Shown one piece after another: positions 26,501 to 37,707 of a stretch of 64,000 nucleotides of DNA. Source of the stretch: Isurus oxyrinchus (taxonomy: Eukaryota); NCBI GenBank assembly GCA_026770705.1, contig JANJGN010000036.1, positions 1,240,001 through 1,304,000 of the forward strand, written 5' to 3'. Both the position numbers and the translations under genes were made by a program. The notes beneath the pieces were generated by a model. It saw only the letters and a list, made by a program, of their open reading frames with translations. It did no database searches and was not told the origin of the DNA. The first letter of the stretch is position 1; each line of letters starts with the position of its first letter.

Positions 26501-27803
26501 TCGCCTGCACCCAACCTTTNNNNNNNNNNNNNNNNNNNNNNNNNNNNNNNNNNNNNNNNNNNNNNNNNNNNNNNNNNNNNNNNNNNNNNNNNNNNNNNNN
26601 NNNNNNNNNNNNNNNNNNNNNNNNNNNNNNNNNNNNNNNNNNNNNNNNNTCCACCTATTGATAATCGGTTGATCTATCTACCTATCTATCTATCCGTCTC
26701 TCTCTTTATCACTCTCTTACATGCTGTCTATGTGACTGGCTCTCCATCTAACCATCCATCTACCTTCAAATTTTTAAATCTGCTTCACTTACCAAAGCAT
26801 TTTCAAAACTGTTTCTTAATGTGCTTCGTGATGTTGGCGACAGTGTCAAGACTGACCTGATTGCCCATCCCGAGCTGCTCTCTGGAGATGGTGCTGGATC
26901 TCCCTGAACCTTGTCCAAGATCCGAAATACTCTGGTTGCGGGATTGCTCTGAAAAACAATGAGATTTTTCAATTTCACCACCCCCCCTACCCCCCCCCCC
27001 GCCCCCCCGCCCCCCCCCCCCCCCCGACCGCCTTCAGTTTCCCACTTTCCAGGAATTTGTCTGCTGCGGCAGTTCTCCTTCTTGGGATGATCCTTGCGGC
27101 GGGGTAAAGGGTTTGCAGGAAAAGGCAGTCAGGGAGAGATTAGAGAGAGACCCTGTAACTCAGCGGCGCTCTCAATGCATCCAATAATCATTGGGTAGTA
27201 GGCACTTTGAGTTGTTTGAATGTCAAATGAGGCCATTTCAAATAAGTGTAAATTTCAATTTCTAACAGGCAACATGAATAGTGATGCGGAAGTGACACAT
27301 TCCAGAGTAACGACACAAGGGAAGCTGGTAACTATGCATGGAATTGTTTCCTAACATGTGTACGTACATTTCACTGAATTTAAATCTAAGGTTTAAAATT
27401 ATTAGTTAACTTCATATGAGTCTACTTGATTTTGCTTAGCTCATATCGCAAGATAACACTGTTTTACTGTCCTATAACACTGCGGCAATAGATCAAAATA
27501 TAGGTAGGAATTCAACTGAATGTGTCTAAATTGAGATTGATAAGTTTTTGATAGGTAAAGGGGATTTATTGTTAGGGAACGAAGGCGAGGAGATGGGGTT
27601 AAAAAAGATAAGGACGAGGCTTATTGAAAGACAGTAGATGCTCGAGGGACTGAATGGTCTCCTGATGATGGTTTGGCTCCGATAATTGCTTCTGTTTTCT
27701 CTTACAGATTATTTTTGCTCGGCTGGTGTTTAATGCGGATCCCACAGTCAGACTGCAAACGAGATTGTGGGCTCCAGTTCTGCTTCCGAGCTATAACGCG
27801 TAG
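20560..27803 (+). pseudogene. Type B2 VJ-C1-TM-cyt pseudogene
   Basis: Degenerate leader about 20560-20611. V 21204-21589 (VIASQAVL...KVHC...VFWYKQ...DSGMYYCAAKELSKMSFTFGNGSNLLIT) with stops, frameshifts and a GC donor. C1 about 21678-21983 with four stops (VCLVKSL...EPDGTCTMRS). TM relic about 27040-27132. cyt 27269-27327 (59 nt, as in B1). Last exon 27708-27803 (IIFARLVF...). A CR1 element lies in the C1-TM intron. Confidence 0.85.
22556..25582 (+). mobile_element. Long decayed CR1 LINE: ORF1 SGNH esterase, ORF2 endonuclease and RT (internally deleted), 3'UTR
   Basis: ORF1 remnants VIGD, LPGARVKD, KVIISGLLPEPR and DGLHMN. Endonuclease remnants LKALYL and ITETWL. RT remnants NYRSVSLTSVVGKLLE, KAFDK and FADDTK. 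Many stops. Confidence 0.88.
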
Positions 27804-28289
27804 TGGAAACATTCCTCTGTTGAGTCCTAATTTGAGGAAAGCCTGGAGGTGTGACAATTTCCAAGGGATGGCCATCGTAAATTCTGACCCCGGCTGAATT
27901 CATATTTATCAATATTAATGAGCAATACAAGCCACCGAATCGTCACCTATTGGACAGTCTTCAAGTCTGTCAGAACAGGCTCTATTTCAAGCCCGATTTG
28001 ACTGTCAGAAATTTCAACTTTCTGTTCAGATCGATATGTTTGAATTTTCTTATGGTAGTGATTTTTAGAACATTGTGCCTCTTTGTGTAGCACTCGAGCA
28101 GGAAAGAGCCAATCAGTGTCCACGTTCGCAATCTATTAAACACGTTTTGAAATGCAAGCATTGTTTTTGGAGTTCAGGTTGTCTAATTCCTCAGTGCAGG
28201 TGTGCTCATTGGATCTGCAATGGCAGGTTATAGGACAACTTCATGGTCCAGATATGTGCGGTTTAAAAGTGGGAACAATCTACAGGAAT

Positions 28290-28720
28290 CATAAAAGAAC
28301 TGAGAATTTATGATATCACTGATCAATTCTCCACAAAACAGAAGGCTGAGGGTTTACCCGATGGCGATAATTGAAATTATGAAACGATTTCATACATGGA
28401 GACGGAAAGAGAATGTTTCCCTTTGCAGGAAGAGCTGAAGAAAAGGCCGTGAACGTTAGATATTCGATAATAAATCCAATCCAGAATTCAGGAATAATTG
28501 CTTTCCCAGGGGAAAGGAGGGAATGCGGAACTCTCAACCACAGTGAATGTTTGGGGGAAATAGCTGATATGCAATTAAGGGGGAAGTTGGTTAAATACAT
28601 CATGAATAACCAGACAGGAGGATATGTTGATGGGATGTAGAGGGCGTGGAAGGGGGCTCGTGTGGAGCATAAACACAAGCAGAGAGCAGAGGGGCTGAAT
28701 GGCCTGCTTCTGCTCTGAAA
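28290..28720 (+). mobile_element. CR1 3' fragment
   Basis: Decayed CR1 C-terminal and 3'UTR text ending ggggctgaatggcctgcttctg. Confidence 0.6.
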
Positions 28721-30371
28721 ATTATTCTGAATTTTGTAAAGTAGAAAACATGAGAAGTGATTGAAAGCCGTTTGCTCTGAGGAGTTTGCATCGATAAAAG
28801 TATTTCTTCTTCACACTAAAATAAATAGTGAAATGTGAAATTGGAATTCAAAGAAAGTTTCATCTACATGATCTAATAACTTTGCATACACCTTCACTAT
28901 TATAATCATTAGAAAATAAGGTTTGAGACCACTGCTTTTTAAGAAACATATTACGACTTCAACCACGGTTATTCACTGTGCAAGAAAAGTCCCAAAGGGA
29001 AATTTGGCTCACTGGTCATATATATATTTTTTTCTGTTTTGAAAAAGAGGGGAAACCTTTTAAGATTCCTATATTAAAACATTTATTAACAAGGAGAAAA
29101 AGAACTCAATAAAACAAGACTAAAATTACACGCTTGGAGCAGTCTCACAAAAGTATTGTTCCAAAAACAACAGTCGCTTTTCAGAACACACAAGCAAACT
29201 GTTTGGAAACAGTGCTCTCATGAAGTTTTAACTGTAAAAACACAGTAATATTATCCAAGGCAAATATTTCTGCTACATTAGTACAGTATGCCACACGACT
29301 TCTAACTCTCTTCCAGTCTGCTGTCGAAATCCAAAAGATGCTCAGAAACAGGCTACGTCTTGAAAGTAAAGACTTCTCTGTATTGAAATCGGATGGCTGC
29401 TTCAAATTCGATATTCTTCTCAGAACAGAGCTGGTCTCAGGACATCTTCCCCATACAGCCACCTCAACTCAACCAAGCATTTAGCTTAATTATGTTTTTG
29501 CCCCACTTTTATCCTTGGTTCCAAACATTCCATTGAACTCAAATTTCCAAAACTAAAAACTCCTTCATGCCTTCGTATTGACTTCACATCCATGTCAAAT
29601 AAAATTTAATAACCTTCCCTTGTTTACTTATGAAATATTGGCAGCGGAAAAGACAAGTCCTTCCTAATACCTAATTCAAATTTAATAAAAAAACAACGTT
29701 TTAATTTATAATCCCAATATCACCATAGGCACTCATTACAAATGCATGCATCGAGCCCTTTATCTTTCATCTCTAATTTCCCACAGACAATCTGTCTTTA
29801 CTAACGTTCCCCAGTTTAATTACTTATGGACATACAGACACACAGACACACACACACAGCTTTCTTTATAGAATACCATCATGTTCCCAAAAATACATAA
29901 AAACAACATTCATTTACAGATACCATTCACCTTGTGTGCAGATCCAATAATAAGCTCGCACAGCAAAATATAATGGATACCAGCTTCAACAGCTTCCTGA
30001 AGGATGTAGATCCAGATTTCCACTCCAGCATCCACAGAAACTCTTGCTCCAGAACAGACGACACTCATGGATAATCTCCAACAAGTAGGCCTAAAGTTCA
30101 ACATAAAACAAAAGACACTCTGTGAAAGTGAAATGGGACCATCACAAGTTTCCTGAATCACTGCCCGTGCCCCTCCCCGGCTGTATTCTAATTCAGTAAA
30201 TGATAGAGCACATCATATCTCAGAGAAAGAAACCCAATCAGAACAATTTCTCAATCGAGGACTGATATTGTCAGCTCAGCAGAAATTGCACTTTTATCAA
30301 TATGACATTTAATTATAATTAAATTATGAATCAATTCAAATCTCTGGTGCATCGTTATAATCGTAGAATAA

Positions 30372-30377
30372 TTTATT
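30372..30377 (-). terminator. Candidate polyadenylation signal of the type A gene
   Basis: AATAAA on the minus strand (tttatt on plus) about 340 nt downstream of the stop codon. Confidence 0.5.
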
Positions 30378-30713
30378 TTATTTACATACAGTCATTTGTC
30401 AACAAATGAACATCCAGTCAGTGCCTGGATTTACAGAATCAACAGAAAAAGCCCAGAGAAATTAGGGAAAGTCCTTAGTCTTTGTTTAATGTTTCTTTCA
30501 CACATGAATTACACGATAACCATAGAAAATCCTTAATCATACTCAAGATCCCTTCGCAAAATGAGACAGTCTTTGTAGTCTCTGGCGAGTCCATGGGGAA
30601 AGACAATTGTTTAAGGGGAGCTTCATTGTCTCCATGTTGTTTCCACAAGGCTGTGGGTTATTTGGTAAATCCTGTCACCTCCATACTTTATCAGAGAGAA
30701 ACAGTCCCGATTC

Positions 30714-31370
30714 TCATCGGCGACCCGCCTTCTTTTTTGATCTTTTGTCCAATGCAGCAAAGTCCACGGAGGCGTAGAGAGGTCCACCTTGACTCTGGGA
30801 AAGATGTTACACATTAACACCAGAAAGCAGTTAAAAGACTGTTCAGATTACCAACTCCCGCAATCACGTTTCATAGAACCATATAAAGATACAACACTGA
30901 TAAAGGACATTCGGCCCATTGTACGAGCACTTTGAAAGAGGTATGCAATTAGCCCCCTTGTACCTTCATCTGTCGCCACATCACTGCCATTATTTTCCAC
31001 TTTCACTATTTTCTAATTCCGTCTTGAATGTCCCTATTGAATCTGCTTCCATTTCCCTATAGATCAATTTGAGGGGGCTTTTTCCTTTATTTGTAGGAGT
31101 AATAATTGCCTGAATTAATGACTTGTAACAGGGAAGCAGAATTCTGAAATCTGTTTGATGTTATTTGAGGCATAAAATATGAAAAGCCGTCCACCCACAC
31201 CCACTTCAACTATCGACTTGCAATTGTGGCGATACCATCTTTGATGCGGAGCTGAAAGGGCAGACCGGGCCTCGTTTTAAAGTTTGATGCAAAAACGGCA
31301 TCTCAGACAGTGCAGCACTCGCTTTGGAGATTCAGTATAGACTTTATGCTCAAGTTTCTGGACACACGCA

Positions 31371-31405
<35 letters not shown>

Positions 31406-34400
31406 GCACACACATAAACAGAGAGAGAGGCACACATACTTTCCACCCAAACTGAATCATTCTTAGTCTGCTTACAACAGAAACACAAATGATTATTCTA
31501 TAAAACTCCCCTGATTTAGGTGTTACCTTCATTGTAATTCCATGGGCTAATGTATTTATAAATTGGTTTGGTCGGCTGAAGGAGAAAGGTGGGAACTTTT
31601 GGGGTGGGGAATGAGGCCCAATGTGGAGATAAAAGCAAATAGCATAATGCTAAAATGGAAACTGCTTCGAATCCGCCGCTAAGTCTGATGGAGGCACTAT
31701 ACCGGGAACATCACCCTGTCCTTTGTAGCATCAGATGGGGAGAGGGACTGGGGGGAATTTTCTGATTTTAGTTACAAGGATGAAAAGGATGTTATACAAA
31801 TTCAGATTCTTGCACTGTGCCCTGCTGTCAGATAACAGTGAAAAATATCTAGCATGGGAACCATTGCAGCTTATCCCAAAAAGGATTTTTTTGTATATTG
31901 TTACAACAGATTCAAAAAACTCACCTGTGTTGCATACTGATGTGTCTGCTTTGCCTCTGCTTGACGGTGGTCATCTGTGTTATTAATGATCAAGATAAGA
32001 ATTGAAACGTTATCCCACTCTGGTCAATATATAATTCAAAAACAGATATACTGTTCGCCAATGATCCGCCAATTTACCAATTGCCCTAATATGCCGATCG
32101 GCCCCATATGTCACTGGGCCCCATTCCGCGGAAGATCCCCCAATGTGAGAAAAGTCTCTCAATACTTCAGTGGGGTGAATTTGGCCAATGAATGAACAAA
32201 TACTATCTACCCGGGTGCCTGGCATCGATTGTGCATCTGGTATAATACTGCCATTATTAATAACCAGTAAATGGCATTTTATATGGTTCTCACAGATAGA
32301 GTGATTGTAGAACATTTTCATGGCAGGACCTGCTCTTACACATCTTCCAATTCTGTCCACTTGAATTTTAATTGGTGCCAACATTTCAATCCAACTTACC
32401 CGTTCGTCGCTCATTCCGGCCCTCTCTTTGCCTTCTCTCTCTCAAGCTAAAACTGGATTCGGACAAAAATATGAAACACATGTTATATCTTTTAAATCCT
32501 GGCTCAGGTGCCAGCAATACTTGAGAAGAGAATTGTAGAGCAATCTTAAAATCAACCTTAAAAGATCATGTAAAATGTTGGCACACATTCAGTGTTGCAG
32601 CTGAACCGGGTTAGAGACAGTGCTAAATATAGAGATGGTGTTCGGGATGAACTTTGAAAATAATCAGTTACTCACTTTTCATTTTGGGATCCCTTGTCTC
32701 GTTCTGCTGAAAGCAGAAAATGTAGTCAGCAATTTTCAACTTCAAAAAGGAAATCAGATCAGGGAAACAATTTTTCAAATATCCCAGATCAATATTAATC
32801 CTCACCTGATCTGCCACTTTTATGAATCCAAATGGAAATAAGGACCAAGAGTAGAACCATTATCACCAGGACAGATATGACAACCGGAAGGGCCAGCATG
32901 CACCATCCTACAGAGACAAAACACTTAGAAACTGCTGCTCAGTCAAATCCTCCTTTTCTGAGATTCTCTGATGGGAAACATGACCCAAAGAGAAGCCCCG
33001 AATCAGTCCGTTCAGATAATCGTGCCAGTACAGGTTCTTTGAAAGGCATATCTAATTATTCCTAGTCTCCCTGCTCTTCCCCTCAAGTTTGCGTCCACTG
33101 CCTATTCAGGCAGCGCCTTCCAGCTCAGAGCAACTCGCTGTGTAATAAAAAAAAGTCTCACATACCCCACTCTGGATAATTTACTGATTATTCTCAATCT
33201 GTATCCCTTTTGTTACCGACGCTCTCGCCAGCGGAACATTTTATCCTTATTTACAACATCGACACTCCTAATGATTTTGAACACCTCCATTAAATCTCCC
33301 CCTGATACATTATATGCTCTAATCCTAGCTTCTGCAGTCTCTCGACATTAACTGAATTTCCTCATTCTTAGTGCTATTATGCCAAATGTCATCTCCCCTC
33401 ATCACCCCCACTCGCAACATTCACAAAACACCCTTGGCTGTTTCCTGCTTGTAAGGGGCATTCGGTGTAGAAGTGACATCAAATCCATTCCAAGATTCAC
33501 TGCATGAAAAGGGACGTGGAAGTACGTTCAACAATAACGTTCAGAAGGGAAATCACATTCTACCTTGAAGGGAAAAAAATTATATGCCTATGGGTAAGGG
33601 TTGGATCCAATGGAATAACTCTTACAAAGAGATAGCACAGGGAAGATGGGCCGAAATCCCTCTTTCCGCATTTAATTTTCTAAGATTCTACGATGTGAAG
33701 GAGAAATATAGGACAAATCCAGGAATTGTTTACACTTGGGGCTCAGGTAACCCTAACTTATTTTAACATAATTTAACAGGCAGAAGGCACACACACATAC
33801 ACACAAACTCACACACACACATATATATATGGCTCTAAGAAGCTCATGAATTACTCCAAACTACTTCAAAGTCGAATAAAGGCCTCTATTGTACAGACCA
33901 GCAAATCACCTGTCCCTGTCTCTGCTGCTTTGGGAATCGACACGCTCTTTGTCCAATATTTGCCTGTGGACCCCAGTTGAACAGTACAGGTACAGAGACC
34001 GCCGCTTCTCCAGGTTTCCCAGGACACCATGACGTGACTTCTGATACTGTAAGTCCCATCCTCCTCCATTGTACCACGATCGCTCGGTCCCTCGGTGACC
34101 AGGCCGGAAATGTTCCAGAAAATGACAATCTGGTTGTAAGAAACTCCACTGACCAAACACACTAAGGGGACGGTTTCATTCAAATGCAACTCACCCGGTG
34201 GGACAAACACCAGCACAGCCGTCTTGTTGGTGGAACTGTCTGGGCAGAGATTGGGATACAGTTAACGATTGATTTACACCAAATTATAATGCTATGCATG
34301 ATCTGAATTCATTTTACTTGCTCTCTTACCTCCAACCAGTAGTGTCGGTCCATTCTGGAGCCCTGCATAGCTATCCATGTGAGCACAGTAGTAGGAACCC

Positions 34401-35001
34401 GAGTCATTCACCTGGACATCGCGAATTTCTAGAATCAACACATTTTCGCTGCTGCCTTTTTTGGAAATAAACTTACAATTGTCCCCCTGACAGGGCTGGA
34501 TGTCGATTTGTTTCGGGGCTTCACCCAGAAGTTGTTTGTACCAGAAATAGCTCGACACCAATACCACATTGTAAATGTGGTGACAGGTTAATTCCACCGT
34601 CTCTCCGACTTCAGCTGTCATTATGAAGGGTCTCTTAGGCAGAGAGGGCTCGGATTCTGTAACTAGAGAGGTTATTATTTCATCATTACTGGTTATTGAG
34701 AGATAAGAAACAGCCGCTTCGAAAGACATCGAGTGTGGTTTAAGTAGAATCACAATATTGGCCTCAATCAGCCTTGGTTAGCTGAATTCACCAATATGTT
34801 TTTATTCGACTTCTAGGAGGAAATTGTAACTAAATCCAAATGATTAAGTCAAATCCCTTCACCTAATCACTGGGCCGCATTTTCAGCTAAGTAAACTCTG
34901 AGTCTGGTTGATTTCAATTTATAACTATCACCCGCCTTTTACTCACTGTAAATCCGCAGCATTTGTAAATTTAGAATCAACAATAAAGTTCCCTTGGACA
35001 T
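30714..35001 (-). CDS. Intact type A non-rearranging V(J)-C1-TM receptor with cytoplasmic ITIM-like motif (PRARP/VJ-C1-like), 340 aa, 8 exons
   Basis: Hand-spliced; all introns are GT-AG and phases are compatible. Leader 35001-34947 (MSKGTLLLILNLQMLRIY); V 34656-34330; C1 34239-33910; TM 32907-32806 (GWCMLALPVVISVLVIMVLLLVLISIWIHKSGRS); cyt 32706-32676, 32446-32400, 31974-31925; last exon 30794-30714 (SQGGPLYASVDFAALDKRSKKKAGRR*). Total 1023 nt with no internal stop. Family name is inference from architecture. Confidence 0.87.
33910..34239 (-). CDS. C1-set Ig exon (type A gene)
   Basis: AVLVFVPP...VPLVCLVSG...IFWN...DGTYSIRSHVMV..ETWRSGGLCTCTV carries C1-set hallmarks (LxCLVxG, DGTYSxxS, W-x-S-G, CxV). 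330 nt, phase 1-1, only 90 nt of intron after the V exon. Confidence 0.9.
34330..34656 (-). CDS. V-set Ig exon with germline-joined J-like G strand (type A gene)
   Basis: VGETVELTC...YFWYKQ..GEAPK...LEIRDVQVNDSGSYYC-AHMDSYAG-LQNGPTLLVG. Acceptor ttacag|AATCC, donor GGAG|gtaag, 327 nt, phase 1-1. Confidence 0.92.
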
Positions 35002-35340
35002 CCTGACGCGGTGATTTCTCCGTTTTCCCTCTCACTAGTTTGTTTGTGCAGGCGGAGTGGCCGCAGGCTGACCTGAGCTCAGTCCCAGTCAGTTGCTCCC
35101 ATTCCGGATGCGGTGGAAACTATGACGAGCTATGCTATGGAAAGTATGACACCATTTTGGGTGCGGTGTTCCGGTGAATGTCACATGCGTTTGACTTACA
35201 GTGATCACCGTCTGTATGTTACAGCGTTCAAGTGGCAGAATGTCTATAAAGAAGTCTAATGTGTTGTCACTCTGAGCGGATGGTAGAATACTAATTGTAT
35301 AGGTAATTTTGAATATTGCAGTTAAAGTTAACTGAAGTTT
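35002..35340 (-). promoter_or_regulatory. Conserved 5'UTR/proximal promoter of type A genes
   Basis: Aligns colinearly by eye with 9187-9510 upstream of the type A pseudogene; shared blocks include ctgacctgagctcag, tatgacacca, tggcagaatg and aatattgcagttaaag. Confidence 0.55.
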
Positions 35341-35779
35341 AGTCATTCCTAATTGACATTGAGAGGGTGGCGGTTGAGCCAGTTTTAAAAAACTGTCAGG
35401 TTACTCCTCAGTCTTGTCTTTAGAGAAAAGAGACCTAACCTGTACAGTCATTGCTGTTAGTTTAACCTCGAAGCTCTGCTAACAGCTTTGTCATTCGTGC
35501 TTGCACCGACTTCAGTGCCTTCATATTCCTTTTATAAAATTGAGTCCAGTAATGTGCACAGTTAGTCCAAGTGTGGTCTGAAAATGGTTCTACAGACCAA
35601 CATGACTTCTTTGTTTTTCACTTATATTCCGCTGCAAATAAATCTCGTGCTGATTTGTACGTTTTTCCGCTTAAGATCACTGGCAATTGCATCAAAAGCA
35701 ACTTGTTACAGAATTATTCACAGGACCAATGAAGCAACAGATCGGCGTCAGGAACACTCCAGGCCCGAGGCCAATGCAA

Positions 35780-35985
35780 AAGCAAAATACTGCAGATCCT
35801 GGAAATCTGAAATAAAAACAGAGCATGCTGGAAGAACTTTGCCGGTTTGGCAACATCTGTGCAGAGAGAGAGAGACAGCGTTAACGTGTCGACTCTTCCT
35901 GTTGAGGTCTTCCCCAAAATTTTCTGTTTTCAGTGATGCTACCTGACCTGCTGAATTTTTCCTGCATTTTCTATTTTGATTTCGG
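35780..35985. mobile_element. Inverted pair of Penelope-derived termini
   Basis: aaaagcaaaatactgcagatcctggaaatctgaaa... is followed by its degenerate reverse complement (gatgctacctgacctgctgaattttt...). Confidence 0.55.
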
Positions 35986-37334
35986 AACCTGAGGCCCCTG
36001 TTCACGGGATTGTAATTAGGTCCTGAACGGGGATTACACTCATACATTCTGCTGTTGAGTGAGCGACTTCACTGTAAATAACCGGGGCAGTAGAGGCTCA
36101 CATAACCCAATGGTGGTCGAAGGAAGTCTTTGGGAAGTTTTCCTTTTAAGCGGAAGCGCAGCGTGTTTGTTCCGTTGTTTTGCAATCCGGCTTCCTTAAC
36201 ATTTCACTCAGAAGGGTTTCTCCTCTGGGGAATAGCAGTGGACATGATTTTAAATAAAGCGTCACAATGAGGCCGTGAATATAAACCTCGAATGCATAAT
36301 GGGAATTTTCCTAATCCGCAATTTGTTGGCAACCTAGGAAATAAAGGTTTCCGATCTTCGCCATTCCTAGCGGAATGCCATAGGTTTTCCCAAAGATCCG
36401 CGTTAAGGTTTAATAGAACCAAATTCTCAGAGGGAATTGAGGACAAGCCGGGTAGAGAGAGTCTCCGGGAATCTGTAGTGAGAAAAACCTCTAGAGGAGT
36501 GAAACTGAGGGACAGTGGGTGAACGATCTATAAGAATCTGATATAAGCACACACTACCCTTTTTCTTTTGTTGAAAGAAAGAGCCTATTGCCTTATTTTT
36601 ATTCGTTCAAGGGATGTGATTGTCGCGGGCTAGGCCAGCACTTATTGTTCCCCATAATTGCCAATTGAGGAGTCCCTGCAGTTTAGGTGCACCCACAGTG
36701 CTGTCACGGAGGGCTTTCCGCGATTTTGAACCAGATACAATGAAGGAACGGCGGTACAATTCCAAGTCAGGCTAGTGTTTGTCTTGGGGGGTAATTGGAG
36801 GCCGTGGCTCTCACATGCCCCCTCTGCCCTTGTTCTTCCCGGCGGTGGCAGCCTTGGCGATTGGTTGCAGTGCTTCCTGTATATAGATAGTACAAACTGC
36901 AATCTCTCTGAGCCTCTGATGAAGCGAGTGCATCAATTCTGAATAATATTGGGGATCAGATATTTTTTGTAGATATCGGGCACAGCAGGTGGGCCGTGAC
37001 CCGGTCTCAGGTCAATGAGGACACTGTAAATAAGGTGAATGTGCACCAGCCTGTTCTCTGCTATGAGTAATCTACACTCGACCGCAAGGCCTCTGCTGCC
37101 TGCGGTTTAACATTTAGTTAAATGCAGGCGGTCTGTACATGAAGCGCCTCAACTCCAAAAACAGGAAATCCACAGAGAGCTTTTGGACCGAACATAATTT
37201 TCCATCTCGAGCCAAAAGCGGCCAGAAACTCGGTCAGCGAGTTGTGCCAATTGATGTGCTTTGCACAGCCCCCGCATGGAGTGTGAGCGAGGCGTCTTTC
37301 TGAGACTCACAGCAAACAGCAGCGGTCACAGCCA

Positions 37335-37555
37335 ATGCACCTCTTTGCTGCCCAACCCCGCTCTTTGCTGTAAGGTATACTGACTCGCTTCTTTATTATT
37401 CAAAGTCAAGCATTTCTGCAGAACGGTTCAGACCCAATAAGGCGCAACATTGTCTGCTCATTTCATTCTGTCAGTAATTAATACTATCAGTTTGGTCACA
37501 CTAAAATGAATGTATCTCACTCTTCTCTTCCAGATTCCGTCTCTCAGAATTCTCC
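37335..37555 (+). pseudogene. Truncated type B relic (B3): leader plus first codons of the V exon
   Basis: 40-nt phase-1 leader-like exon 37335-37374 (MHLFAAQPRSLL*; ends TAAG|gt where B1 has CAGG|gt). It follows the same AAACAGGAAA motif as B1 and B2. Acceptor at 37533 gives DSVSQN (B1: VILSQH). Homology then switches to type A intron sequence. Confidence 0.55.
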
Positions 37556-37707
37556 TGAAGATTCCTTGATATCTGTGGAGTCTTGCAGAGAATTGGCAGC
37601 ACGGATTTGCTGCTTTGACTTTATAATTGGTTCAAGTTTGACACGACGGAGTCCCATAAAATAATGATTTGGCCCAGCAGCCGTTTCTAGTAACGTGTCT
37701 CGGTTTG

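Noticed and set aside
34375-34381. CACATGG just after YYCA as a vestigial RSS heptamer
   Set aside because: Partial match only, no nonamer at 12 or 23 nt, not present in the type A pseudogene, and explained by His-Met codons.
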